From an uncultured virus (IMG/VR IMGVR_UViG_3300025120_000038) (taxonomy: Duplodnaviria; Heunggongvirae; Uroviricota; Caudoviricetes), in IMG/VR virus record IMGVR_UViG_3300025120_000038: a DNA stretch of 64,000 bases; one strand, 5' to 3'. The stretch's first letter is position 1. Each line of letters opens with the position of its first letter. This document shows, piece after piece, positions 9,804 to 19,174 of the stretch. Both the position numbers and the translations under genes were made by a program. The notes under the pieces were generated by a model. That model was given only the letters and a program-made list of their open reading frames with translations. It was not told where the DNA came from and did not search any database.

Positions 9804-10030
9804 TATATTACGAAATAAAGTGTGTTTGCGTCTTTAGGACTTACGGCTGCATATTCCGCGGCTGTTCCTGTCCATACTAATGCGTTTGGTGTTTGATTTT
9901 GGTCATCTACAGAATTTCCTACCGTAGCAGTTGTTGCTGATGTTGCTGTTGTTGCGTTTACTGAATCTGTAGAATTATTTATTGGATTACCAGCTGTAGC
10001 ACCTGGATAAAATGATTTAACGTCTGGCAT
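9803..10030 (-). CDS. Small tail adaptor-like protein
   Basis: 75 aa ending WTGTAAEYAAVSPKDANTLYFVI. Confidence 0.7.
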   Translation of the reverse strand: MPDVKSFYPGATAGNPINNSTDSVNATTATSATTATVGNSVDDQNQTPNALVWTGTAAEYAAVSPKDANTLYFVI

Positions 10031-10033
10031 AGC

Positions 10034-10348
10034 TTAAGTTATTAACCAACCAAAAGTAGCATTGATATATACAAATCTTACTGCTTGGTTGTTAGTTATT
10101 GTTAGTGATTGATTAGTACCCTCGATAAGCGCCGCGGCTACTGTTACAGTTTGTGAACCTACTTTTTTTACAAGTACTTCGCCCCCATCAGCGGTTATTG
10201 TTGTTGGAAGTGTTATTGTAAAGTCTGGTGCTTGTTTACAAACATATATTTTATTAATACCCATTGTGGTATTAGCTGTTATTTCAAATGCTTGCGCGCC
10301 TGATATCCCTAGGAGTCCAGCGCTTGGTAAATCTATTGTTAGTCCCAT
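10034..10348 (-). CDS. Small tail structural protein
   Basis: 104 aa; TITLP...FVYINATFGW domain shared with the 704-aa C-terminus and the 407-aa N-terminus. Confidence 0.65.
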   Translation of the reverse strand: MGLTIDLPSAGLLGISGAQAFEITANTTMGINKIYVCKQAPDFTITLPTTITADGGEVLVKKVGSQTVTVAAALIEGTNQSLTITNNQAVRFVYINATFGWLIT

Positions 10349-10352
10349 ATTA

Positions 10353-12467
10353 TTAATTTATTACCCATCCGTTGGCTGCATCTGTATATATTAATTCAAA
10401 AGATTCAGTAGAAGCATCTAAAGTTAAGTTAGTTGCTCTCATTATTTTTTCTGAACCATTAGCTGCAATAGACCACGTATATGTAGGTTGTACATATGCG
10501 CCGGAAGCATCTAAAGATGACATATTAGTTATTTTTATACTGTTTCCCACAGTCCCTGCTGGTAAAGTTAAGATTTTATCAGCTGTTATATTACTCAATA
10601 TATAATGATTATAATCTGTAGCAGTTGCATTAGCTGTTAAAGCACCCCCATAAGTATAACCTTGTTTAAGTGTAACAACACCATTAGCTGGAGCTGAAAT
10701 TATAAAGTTATCGAAATCAATTGATACAACGGGTACATCAGTATTACCACCAAAATCATACGTAGCACCATTAGCTGATCCTAACACACTAAGTGGATTA
10801 TGAGATATAGCTTTTGTAGCTGTATCATAATACAAATAATTTGATTTAGCGGCTTGAGGTATAGTGTTTAATTTAACAGTTTCAGAATCAATATTAAATG
10901 TACTTGTTGAAACATTTAATGTGCCATAGCCTTGTCTACCAAATGTAACTATATAAGTACCAGTATCATAAGCAACAACTAAATATATATTAACCGAAGC
11001 ATCTAATATTTGTCCTCCTGCCGATGGAAATGCCGTAGTATATGTGCTATCAACAAAATACAAGCTTTGCCCTGTAGGTATAGCAGCAAATATAGCCCCA
11101 AAATCTGTTTGATTACCAGACGATATAGTTATTGAAGTTGTGTTTGCAGTAATTGCTTCACCTGTTGTTAAAGTTGCCGGTGAAGTTACAGCTTGAAATA
11201 AAGCTCCTGCTGCATTTTGAATACCATAAAATAAACGGCCTGTAGTTATATTTGTAGGTGGGCCAGCTAGAGTTTCGCTAAGCCCCGGTAAAGCTTCTGC
11301 TACACCTGATGATAATGCAGGAAGTTGAAACCAGTTATTATCTACTTTTATAGACGAAAGATAACCTTGATTTGTTAAACTTCCTTGGGGTGCATTACCT
11401 GATACTTGTTGTTGAGATAAAGCTACACCTGAAGAATTTTGTAGTTCAACACCTTGATTGGAAAGTACACCTCTGGTGCCGTCAGTGTTGATCGCTGTAA
11501 AAGTATTTTGACCCATAATGGTTCTACCATCGGTAGAAGTAGCATTAGTGTCTTTTATAATATTTTGTGTAAATCTAGTATCGTTTGTTACTAAATTTTT
11601 ACCCGTTCCCGTTCCAGAAACAGTAAGATCAGATCCATCTGTACTTAAAAGTACATTATTAGTGTCTCCGCCAAATTTTATTCGGCTTTCAGATGTAGGT
11701 AATTTAATATCACCATATACTGTTAAATTATGCGGATCTGTTAGCGGTGATGCTGTTCCAATTGTTACGTCTCCATCTGGTACTTCTATATTACGAGTAA
11801 CTTTTAAAGTACCAATTGCTTGTGTCTCAATTTGTGTTGCTCCTGTATCAAATTTAAAATCTGTAAAAGCAACCATACCACCCGTATAGACTTGACCCCC
11901 ATCTAAAGTTACATTAAACGCCCAGTCTGTATACTTAGTTGAGCCAGACCCCACATATTGGGTATCGTTAGCTGCTGGACTAGCATTTGAAAAGTTTGGA
12001 GCATTAAATGTTGTAACAGTTCCTGAATGTGCAACGCCACCGACTGTACCGGACCATGTAGCTGAATTAGCCGCAAAATCTGCTAAGTCATAATCAACCG
12101 CAAATTGTCCATTATTATAATCTCTTATAACTAAAAACACTTGACCTGAGCCAAGTGTATTTAAATATATGTCTGAGCCTGTATTTACTGTAGCACTTTT
12201 TAAAACAACATTATTAAGTGTAGAACCGGCTAAAGTTCTTACTAAAGCTCTTTCATATTCAGTTCCTTCTCTATTTACTGTTAATGCAAAACCAAGTGGT
12301 ATTGTATCAGTTATATTAGCAGGTGAACCGGTTTGAATATAAGCTTTTAAACTATCTATTGTATAATTTCTTGTAGCAAGTGCTGAAGTGGATGCAGAGT
12401 CAGTACCAAGTAACTTATCGTTACCTTCTATAGTAGAGTCTATTGTATATGTACTGATTTTTGCCAT
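10353..12467 (-). CDS. Tail fibre/structural protein
   Basis: 704 aa, Thr/Ser/Gly-rich; ends LTLP...LIYTDAANGW. Confidence 0.7.
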   Translation of the reverse strand: MAKISTYTIDSTIEGNDKLLGTDSASTSALATRNYTIDSLKAYIQTGSPANITDTIPLGFALTVNREGTEYERALVRTLAGSTLNNVVLKSATVNTGSDIYLNTLGSGQVFLVIRDYNNGQFAVDYDLADFAANSATWSGTVGGVAHSGTVTTFNAPNFSNASPAANDTQYVGSGSTKYTDWAFNVTLDGGQVYTGGMVAFTDFKFDTGATQIETQAIGTLKVTRNIEVPDGDVTIGTASPLTDPHNLTVYGDIKLPTSESRIKFGGDTNNVLLSTDGSDLTVSGTGTGKNLVTNDTRFTQNIIKDTNATSTDGRTIMGQNTFTAINTDGTRGVLSNQGVELQNSSGVALSQQQVSGNAPQGSLTNQGYLSSIKVDNNWFQLPALSSGVAEALPGLSETLAGPPTNITTGRLFYGIQNAAGALFQAVTSPATLTTGEAITANTTSITISSGNQTDFGAIFAAIPTGQSLYFVDSTYTTAFPSAGGQILDASVNIYLVVAYDTGTYIVTFGRQGYGTLNVSTSTFNIDSETVKLNTIPQAAKSNYLYYDTATKAISHNPLSVLGSANGATYDFGGNTDVPVVSIDFDNFIISAPANGVVTLKQGYTYGGALTANATATDYNHYILSNITADKILTLPAGTVGNSIKITNMSSLDASGAYVQPTYTWSIAANGSEKIMRATNLTLDASTESFELIYTDAANGWVIN

Positions 12468-12468
12468 C

Positions 12469-12612
12469 TTATCCTTTTAATTTAGTTCCAGCCGTACTCA
12501 TTTTAACTTTTGCAGTGATAGGCATAGATTGATTAGGGTTTTTTACCGGTGCTTGTTGTATATCTACACCTGGTAAATTGCTTTGCATTGTTAATTTTAA
12601 TCCTTTTTTCAT
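12469..12612 (-). CDS. Small basic hypothetical protein (47 aa)
   Basis: Read by hand: MKKGLKLTMQSNLPGVDIQQAPVKNPNQSMPITAKVKMSTAGTKLKG; fills the gap between neighbours. Confidence 0.6.
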   Translation of the reverse strand: MKKGLKLTMQSNLPGVDIQQAPVKNPNQSMPITAKVKMSTAGTKLKG

Positions 12613-12626
12613 TTTTTTTGTTTTTA

Positions 12627-13199
12627 TTATGCGTCAGTTATTAAAGCTTCTATAACACCATTTGCTGTTCCACTTGTTGCCCAAGCTTTTACTTCTTGTG
12701 CTAATATTCCTTCATTCCAAAGGATTAAATCTAAGCTATCCATTGTTATAATACCTTTTGTATTAGATGGATAAACAGGAACATCATAATTTAAATTTGC
12801 AGCTGTCGGATCATAATATGTATATGATATTGTTGCCACTTTATTTGTTCCTACAAAATCACCCGGGAAGGTTAGTGTATATCCGTCTATTATAAAGTTT
12901 ACTCCTTCAACCCAGTTTTCTTCTTCAACACCAGCACCTTGCTGAACTGTCATAGTTGCAGCTGGTCTTATATTTATATCTGTAATTGGTTCTGGGTTTG
13001 AGTTAGGTATATTAAATGTAGTTTGTGTTCCGTCTGGAACCGTTAATGCTAAATCTACCTGTCTTGTTTGGTAAGCACCTGCACACATTTTTTTTCTTAG
13101 TACAACTGCTTTTATAATATCCCCTGCTGTAACAGAGAATGTATTAATAGGTGCCCCTGTTTGAGCATTGACTGTTGTTGTCATTAATACTTTTGCCAT
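12627..13199 (-). CDS. Hypothetical structural protein
   Basis: 190 aa ORF in operon context. Confidence 0.6.
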   Translation of the reverse strand: MAKVLMTTTVNAQTGAPINTFSVTAGDIIKAVVLRKKMCAGAYQTRQVDLALTVPDGTQTTFNIPNSNPEPITDINIRPAATMTVQQGAGVEEENWVEGVNFIIDGYTLTFPGDFVGTNKVATISYTYYDPTAANLNYDVPVYPSNTKGIITMDSLDLILWNEGILAQEVKAWATSGTANGVIEALITDA

Positions 13200-13201
13200 T
13201 T

Positions 13202-13654
13202 TTATTCTTTTTTATGATTGTTAAATTTTTCTATTGCTTGGCTATAAACCTTATCTATATAAGTTTTACGTTTCATTATTGTATTTCTTTTAGCTGAAGA
13301 AGGTAAACTTTCTTCATCTATTAAAATACGATAAATTTTATTTATTAATAGTTTCCCTTTTTGTGAAACTTTATATTTATTATGATCCCCTTTTCTACCT
13401 TTACCTAAGTGTGATTTGTCAATCCAGTTGTTTTTTTGTAGTCTATAAAATCTTTCTTTATCCCATGAATAAAATAAAGTGCCTGTTTTAAAATCTTCTA
13501 CAGTAAAATAAACAATAGGATCTAAATAAAACAATAATTCTAAATCAGCTACAGATAAATTGTTATTTTTAGTCGCCCACCTAGATACCAGTCTGTAGTA
13601 TTTTAAAAAATCAACTTTAAGTTCTCCTCTTTGAACAAAGTTAAGCCGATCCAT
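13202..13654 (-). CDS. Putative winged-helix DNA-binding protein
   Basis: 150 aa; LSVADLELLFYL...RLQKNNWI...YKVSQKGKLLI resembles a MarR-type wHTH. Confidence 0.5.
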   Translation of the reverse strand: MDRLNFVQRGELKVDFLKYYRLVSRWATKNNNLSVADLELLFYLDPIVYFTVEDFKTGTLFYSWDKERFYRLQKNNWIDKSHLGKGRKGDHNKYKVSQKGKLLINKIYRILIDEESLPSSAKRNTIMKRKTYIDKVYSQAIEKFNNHKKE

Positions 13655-13908
13655 TATAAAATAGCTACAACGTCTCTCAGGCTAATAACTTTATAAACAT
13701 CTTCTCCGTATTCTGTTGGAAATCCCGCTACTCTATCAAATAATATTTTTTGGCCTTCTGATAATACATCAGGGCCTGAAGATATAATTGTAGCTTTTCT
13801 GTATCTTATATCTTCCCTATGTTTTTCTGCTAATTCTAAACCTCCCTCTGTTTTTTTAGAAGATTCAACAATTTCATCAATAACTAAATAATTACCTATT
13901 GCTTTCAT
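13654..13908 (-). CDS. groES: Co-chaperonin GroES
   Basis: MKAIGNYLVI...KTEGGLEL mobile loop...DVVAIL; coupled to groEL. Confidence 0.9.
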   Translation of the reverse strand: MKAIGNYLVIDEIVESSKKTEGGLELAEKHREDIRYRKATIISSGPDVLSEGQKILFDRVAGFPTEYGEDVYKVISLRDVVAIL

Positions 13909-15482
13909 TATTCTCTAACGTTTGAAATTACACAATCAGTAGATAAAATTGTAGTTGATACAGAAACAGCATTATTAAGTGCAGCTTTTGTTACCAGTAA
14001 TGGATCTACAATTCCTATGTCTACCATATTTTTTATACATCCACAAGTTACGTCTACACCTTTACCCCATTCTGGTAATGTAAAATTTTCGACTGATAAC
14101 CCCGCATTTTGTAATATTTTGGTAAATGGTGCTGCTAAAGCTTTTTGTAGTATTTCTAAACCTCTTAGCTCACCGGCATTTAATTCAAATTCCCAGTCTG
14201 AGTTTGCTGTAAATCCTAATGCAACCCCTCCGCCGGGCAAAATACCTTCTTTTCTTGCTGCTTTTACAGCATGTATAGCATCATCTACTCTGTCTTGCTT
14301 TTCTTTAAGTTCTACATCAGTATCAGCACCTACATATATAATTGATACACCCCCGCATAATAATGCCAGTCTATCATTTAAATGTTTTGTTAATACGTGA
14401 TGATCTTCTTTATCAAGAGCAGTTTTTAAATATTCAATACGTTCTAATGCTTCTTTAGATTTTTCTTTAATCACTAAAACGGTACCGTCTTTATCGGAAA
14501 TAGCTTTATCAGCTTCTCCTAACAGGTCGGGCGTAATTGAATCTATTGAGTCTCCTAAACTCTCATCAAATACTTTAGCCCCAACAAGCAATGCTAGATC
14601 CTCAAGAATATCCTTACGTTTTAGTCCAAAACTAGGGGGATCTATTACATTGACCTTTATATTGCCTTTAACCATATTCATCGCTAATGCCGTTAATGGT
14701 TGCGATTCAAGCGGCGCAATAATTAATATGCTTCTATTGGACTTGATAGCATATTCCAAGATGTCTTGTATTTTTCTTACATTTGCTATATCAGATGCAC
14801 TTATAAAAACAAGCGGCTTTTCTAATTCAGCAATTTCTTTTTCTTTATTAGTGTGGAAATGAGCAATTTTACTTGTAGAATTTAGTTTAGTACCTTCTAC
14901 AACTTCAACATACGTATCACTACTAGCTGAAGTTTCCATAGCCACAATTCCATTTTCACCCGCTTGTCTAAAAGCGTTAGCAATAATGCTGCCAATAACT
15001 TTATCATTATTAGCCGATATCGCTGAAACATCATCCAATTTCTTATCATCAATCTTAATAGATTTTTTTTCTAAAATAGATATAATATGTTCTTTGAATT
15101 TATTTATTCCGCTTTTAATATCTCGGAATGAAAACTCCTCACCTTTTAATTTATTATAACAGTGAATAATGGCCTGAGCCAGTACTATAGAGGTGGTGGT
15201 ACCATCTCCTGCCATATTCGCTGTCTGTTGTGCAGCTTGTTTAACCATTGAAACACCCAAGTTTTCAACGGGATCCATAAGCATTATTGAATTTGCGACT
15301 GTAACCCCATCTTTTGTAACATGGGGATTACCGAAGTCATCTTCAATAACTACTGTTCTACCACTAGCCCCTAAAGTTGAGCTAACAGCGTCTGCTATTT
15401 TATTTATTCCTTTTACTAATTTTTCTTTAGCTGTGTCAAAATGCAATGACTTGACAAGCTTCGGTCCTCCAAATTGTGCCAT
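13908..15482 (-). CDS. groEL: Chaperonin GroEL
   Basis: VTKDGVTVA, AGDGTTTS, DRVDDA, PGGGVAL motifs; no GGM tail. Confidence 0.97.
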   Translation of the reverse strand: MAQFGGPKLVKSLHFDTAKEKLVKGINKIADAVSSTLGASGRTVVIEDDFGNPHVTKDGVTVANSIMLMDPVENLGVSMVKQAAQQTANMAGDGTTTSIVLAQAIIHCYNKLKGEEFSFRDIKSGINKFKEHIISILEKKSIKIDDKKLDDVSAISANNDKVIGSIIANAFRQAGENGIVAMETSASSDTYVEVVEGTKLNSTSKIAHFHTNKEKEIAELEKPLVFISASDIANVRKIQDILEYAIKSNRSILIIAPLESQPLTALAMNMVKGNIKVNVIDPPSFGLKRKDILEDLALLVGAKVFDESLGDSIDSITPDLLGEADKAISDKDGTVLVIKEKSKEALERIEYLKTALDKEDHHVLTKHLNDRLALLCGGVSIIYVGADTDVELKEKQDRVDDAIHAVKAARKEGILPGGGVALGFTANSDWEFELNAGELRGLEILQKALAAPFTKILQNAGLSVENFTLPEWGKGVDVTCGCIKNMVDIGIVDPLLVTKAALNNAVSVSTTILSTDCVISNVRE

Positions 15483-15517
15483 TTAATTTAATTTAATTTA
15501 TATTATTTTTTTATTTT

Positions 15518-16276
15518 CTAGCCTTGCCCCATTGAAGCTGCTGTTTTAGCTATATCGCCTACAGCTGATGCTACTGATAATGCATTTTGTAAACCTTGTG
15601 CATTTTGTTCAGTTCTTTTATCAGCCATTTTAAGTGCAAGGGCAGCTTGAGATGGTGCCTCTTCCCTAAATTTAGATTGACCTTTAAAAGCCATTGGTGA
15701 TCCTTGATCTTTCATTTCTATAGATTCACCACCATAATTATCTTTCATAATAGAAGGTGCTGAACTTATTAGATCATTATCTTTTTGACTAAAGTTACCA
15801 TCTGAAAATCTTTCTTTTGAACCCATTTTCATTTTAAACCCACCCTCTGATGCCATAGGCGTCATATATTTAACAGGGCTATCATACATTTTCACAGGGC
15901 TATCTTCCGGCGCTGCTAATATTTGTTCTTTTAATTGATCGGGAAGTTGATCTTGATTTCCAACCAAAGCTTTGTTTAAAGGACTGTCTTTCATATCTTT
16001 TTTATTTAAAAAATAACCACTTTTACCAGATAAATTATAATCTGTAGGTTCAGTTTTACTTTTTTCTTTTCTGAATAATTCTCTTGCTTTTTTAGTAAGC
16101 TTTTCAGATTTTTCTATATTGCGATACATTTTTTTATCGGATGCAGGTGTAGAACCTGGCATATCCGCATGATATCCATCGCCTAATTCATAAGCTTTTT
16201 CTTCAGCGCCTTTTGCTCTTTTTTTAAGGTTATATACCTTTTTTAATATCGAATCTTTTGGGTTTTTACCGTTCAT
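15518..16276 (-). CDS. Hypothetical protein with multiple SP-hydrophobic motifs
   Basis: 252 aa; DSPLNK, DSPVKMYDSPVKY, GSPMAF. Confidence 0.7.
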   Translation of the reverse strand: MNGKNPKDSILKKVYNLKKRAKGAEEKAYELGDGYHADMPGSTPASDKKMYRNIEKSEKLTKKARELFRKEKSKTEPTDYNLSGKSGYFLNKKDMKDSPLNKALVGNQDQLPDQLKEQILAAPEDSPVKMYDSPVKYMTPMASEGGFKMKMGSKERFSDGNFSQKDNDLISSAPSIMKDNYGGESIEMKDQGSPMAFKGQSKFREEAPSQAALALKMADKRTEQNAQGLQNALSVASAVGDIAKTAASMGQG

Positions 16277-16382
16277 AATTATTATTTTATTAAATGCCAG
16301 AGAGATTTAATTGTCTACACAGTTTTTTGCTAAATAGCGTAACCGCTCGAATTTTGTAATCTTTACCCTGACTGTTATAGGT

Positions 16383-16601
16383 TTAACTATTGTGAACCCA
16401 GTGTTTTGATAAAAAGCTTTTATCGTGTTTTATATCTCCCGCTAATTTTGAAATATGTTTTTCATCTGCAGTTTGATTTTCATCTTTATACTTACCTTTA
16501 TATTTTTGGTCGTCAAGTACATCTCTTTTTAAATATGAAATATGAGCAGCATCATCTTTCATGGCTGCATCGGCGTTACCTTTTGTTATTTTTGTATTCA
16601 T
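16383..16601 (-). CDS. Hypothetical protein with an internal repeat
   Basis: 72 aa; DAAHISYLKRD and DEKHISKLAGD. Confidence 0.65.
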   Translation of the reverse strand: MNTKITKGNADAAMKDDAAHISYLKRDVLDDQKYKGKYKDENQTADEKHISKLAGDIKHDKSFLSKHWVHNS

Positions 16602-16616
16602 TTTTGTTTTTATTTA

Positions 16617-17036
16617 TTAATTACCTTCGCATTTACATTTATTTTGGCCACAGCTGCATGTTTTATTTTTATCATATACAGTATCAAATGCATTTGCACC
16701 TAAAAGAGTTAATTGATCAATCATATTAGTTTGAATTGTGATTAACATATTTTCTAACTCATCTTTTTGTGTGACTAAGTGCTCAACCTTTTGAGCTAGT
16801 CCTTCGTTTTGTTTTTTAAGTTCGTTGACTTCATCTGGATTTCTACCTATGATTGTCATTATAACCACTGATAAAGAACCCACTATCATTCCTATAATAG
16901 AAACTATAACGTCTTTATTGACGCTAGGTATCTCATTGAATGATAAAAATATTAATATTCCTATCACAAAAACAAATACACCAGCGGCCCCTACATAATT
17001 CCTTAGTTCTTTCGCTACTCCATTTGTAATTTTCAT
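16617..17036 (-). CDS. Membrane protein (2 TM, coiled coil, Cys-rich tail)
   Basis: Two hydrophobic segments, heptad region, CSCGQNKCKC. Confidence 0.7.
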   Translation of the reverse strand: MKITNGVAKELRNYVGAAGVFVFVIGILIFLSFNEIPSVNKDVIVSIIGMIVGSLSVVIMTIIGRNPDEVNELKKQNEGLAQKVEHLVTQKDELENMLITIQTNMIDQLTLLGANAFDTVYDKNKTCSCGQNKCKCEGN

Positions 17037-17039
17037 AAT

Positions 17040-17174
17040 TTATTTTTTAAATCTTCTACTTGTATGGCTGTTATCTGTTGTTACGCCACCACCGGGCCTT
17101 GTTATAGTTTTAACTTTTTCTATAACTACTTCTTTTTTTACCTCTTCTTTTTTTGATGTTTCTTTTTTTCCCAT
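17040..17174 (-). CDS. Small basic protein (44 aa)
   Basis: Read by hand: MGKKETSKKEEV...HTSRRFKK. Confidence 0.6.
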   Translation of the reverse strand: MGKKETSKKEEVKKEVVIEKVKTITRPGGGVTTDNSHTSRRFKK

Positions 17175-17187
17175 GATTTATTATTTA

Positions 17188-17814
17188 TTAATTGTTACGT
17201 TCTTTTTCACCCCACCCTTGTTTAAAGTATTTACCTCTTTTAGGTCTAAGCGTGTCTCTTACGGCGTTTGAGCCTTGATTGTAGTTGCTTATTCTTCTTT
17301 CTTTTGTATAAGCTGACTTTGGTGTAGCAGATTGAGTTTCTGAATCAGGTCCATATGAATCATCTAAAGAGACCATATACTGGCCTTTTTTGTCTTCCTT
17401 AATCCTACTTAAATTTTCTACATTATATTTATTACCAGGTAGTTTTTTATTGGTTGTAGTATATTTACCTTCTTCGTGATCAGTCTCATCTATATAAGAG
17501 CCAGTCTTATATTTTTTACCCTTTTTCCTAGGATCTGGATCACCATTAAATTTTATAGGTGACATACCATATGTAATTGGTGATTTTTTTTCTTCTTTAA
17601 GCTCTGGGTATTTTTTAAGTACATTTTTAACTATATTACCCGGATTTGCAGCAAAGTGTGAAAGCTTCATAGCTGACTTGGCTCTTTTAAGGGTATTTAT
17701 AGGATAGGTACCATTTGGTCCTGCAAAATCGTCAGATTTGACATTTTTATATTTCCCCGCATTAGATTTACCCGGCTCTTCTCTTATTTCTGAAATTGTT
17801 TTCTTTTTAGCCAT
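17188..17814 (-). CDS. Basic hypothetical protein, two domains joined by SP motifs
   Basis: 208 aa; FAGPNGTYPINT domain, then KSPITYGMSPIKF linker. Confidence 0.7.
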   Translation of the reverse strand: MAKKKTISEIREEPGKSNAGKYKNVKSDDFAGPNGTYPINTLKRAKSAMKLSHFAANPGNIVKNVLKKYPELKEEKKSPITYGMSPIKFNGDPDPRKKGKKYKTGSYIDETDHEEGKYTTTNKKLPGNKYNVENLSRIKEDKKGQYMVSLDDSYGPDSETQSATPKSAYTKERRISNYNQGSNAVRDTLRPKRGKYFKQGWGEKERNN

Positions 17815-18430
17815 TAGTTTCGTCTTTTAAATTTTGTCCGCTTATTGTTTTGGATTTTGAATTTTTATTTTTCCAATAATCTTTAGCTGCATTTGTAAAT
17901 GATTGTAAAGTAGGATATTTTTTCTTATCAGCATTTTTGTAGCCCTTCTCATAGGAAACTCCTGTGCCGCCTTGATCACTACCCTGAACAGTAAAAGTCA
18001 TTTCTTCTCTAGGCGTTTCTTTGTTATCATCTATGCCCCCTGTAGTTTCACTAAAATAATTGTTAGTTATATTAGTATTACCTTTTTGTTTACCATCAGG
18101 GTTTGATTCTGATTCAACAGGAGGTTTGTTGTCATTTCCAAATGCATCAGAAAAATCTAAGCTACCCGGTGTATATTTAACAGATGTATAAGGATCATCA
18201 TCTAAAGAGTACTTATAAGAGAGAGGTGAACCGTCGCTTGAAGAAGCTAACGGCTCATTACCCATGAAAGTAACAGGACTTGATCCTGGGGGTAGCATGT
18301 TTAGTGGGGTGTCGTCACAATAGCCCATCTTATCTACGTGGTGTTCCTCTCTAAAGCTCCCGGGTGTGTGTTTTTCTTTCGATCCAATACCGGGCATTTT
18401 GAATCCTTTGTTTTCTTGAAATTTTGGCAT
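17807..18430 (-). CDS. Hypothetical protein with SP motifs
   Basis: 207 aa; GFKMPG, SSPVTF, GSPLSY. Confidence 0.7.
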   Translation of the reverse strand: MPKFQENKGFKMPGIGSKEKHTPGSFREEHHVDKMGYCDDTPLNMLPPGSSPVTFMGNEPLASSSDGSPLSYKYSLDDDPYTSVKYTPGSLDFSDAFGNDNKPPVESESNPDGKQKGNTNITNNYFSETTGGIDDNKETPREEMTFTVQGSDQGGTGVSYEKGYKNADKKKYPTLQSFTNAAKDYWKNKNSKSKTISGQNLKDETNG

Positions 18431-18444
18431 AATTTTTTTTTATT

Positions 18445-18771
18445 TTAGCAGTTCCATTTATCTAGCGCCAACTTTTTTCTTGTAGGCTTACCATCTTTCA
18501 TCATAGCACCGGGCATACCGCCCATTCTTGCGCAAAATGATTTACGTCTATTAGCCGCTTTGCTTCCTTTCTTTAATTGGGAAGGTTTTGTAGTAACAGC
18601 TGTTTGAAGTTTAGATCCAGGGTTATCTCTTTTATACGATGCAACACCTTTTGCATTCAATCCCCCTTTTGGATCTTTACCTTCTTTTCTTGTCCAAGCA
18701 GCCGTTTTATTAAGTGGGCTATTACCACCTTTTTTATTTACTGTATTTGGATATCCACATGAGTATGCCAT
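18445..18771 (-). CDS. Basic viral protein (DUF6321-like)
   Basis: AAWTRKEGKDPKGGLNAKG...RRKSFCARM...ALDKWNC. Confidence 0.7.
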   Translation of the reverse strand: MAYSCGYPNTVNKKGGNSPLNKTAAWTRKEGKDPKGGLNAKGVASYKRDNPGSKLQTAVTTKPSQLKKGSKAANRRKSFCARMGGMPGAMMKDGKPTRKKLALDKWNC

Positions 18772-18782
18772 AATGTTGTTTT

Positions 18783-19043
18783 TTATTTTTTATATTTACT
18801 AACTCGGCCTTTAGTATTTTTTTCTCTTTTAGCTCTTGCTTTCTGAGCAGGCGTTAATTCACCCCAAGTTGCGGGTGTTTTGCTTGATACTTTTTTTGTA
18901 GGTCTAAAAGTGTTTTCTCCATCTTCGTAACCTTTCTTTCCTTTGGGTGTTCTCCAATCTTCCTTAAACCATCTTCTAAGTGCAGCACCTTTTGGCGTCT
19001 TACGTACTTTTTTAAGAGGTGAACCTTTCATTTGGAATCCCAT
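18783..19043 (-). CDS. Basic viral protein
   Basis: LRRWFKEDW...RPTKKVSSKTPATWGEL pattern. Confidence 0.7.
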   Translation of the reverse strand: MGFQMKGSPLKKVRKTPKGAALRRWFKEDWRTPKGKKGYEDGENTFRPTKKVSSKTPATWGELTPAQKARAKREKNTKGRVSKYKK

Positions 19044-19168
19044 TATTTTTTTTTCGGGGTATGATTGTACCCTAATTTTTTAAGACGGTTATGGTCAGCC
19101 ATAGTTTTAGCTGTTTTAACAGCACCGGTCTTGCTATACATTTTATGTACTTTAAACTTCTTTGCCAT
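19043..19168 (-). CDS. Small basic protein (41 aa)
   Basis: Read by hand: MAKKFKVHKMYSKTG...HNRLKKLGYNHTPKKK; TAA/ATG coupled to the next gene. Confidence 0.7.
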   Translation of the reverse strand: MAKKFKVHKMYSKTGAVKTAKTMADHNRLKKLGYNHTPKKK

Positions 19169-19174
19169 AACTGT

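Noticed and set aside
4545..15486. Antisense ORFs in the track (e.g. 4545-4793, 11518-11889, 14017-14400, 15193-15486; also 50678, 56402, 58275, 60431, 63406)
   Set aside because: In-register antisense shadows of real genes, with no start context or promoter support
16308..16390. Alternative-frame peptide IVKPITVRVKIT resembling MPITAKVKMS of the 47-aa ORF
   Set aside because: No start codon or clear slippery site; the similarity is too short
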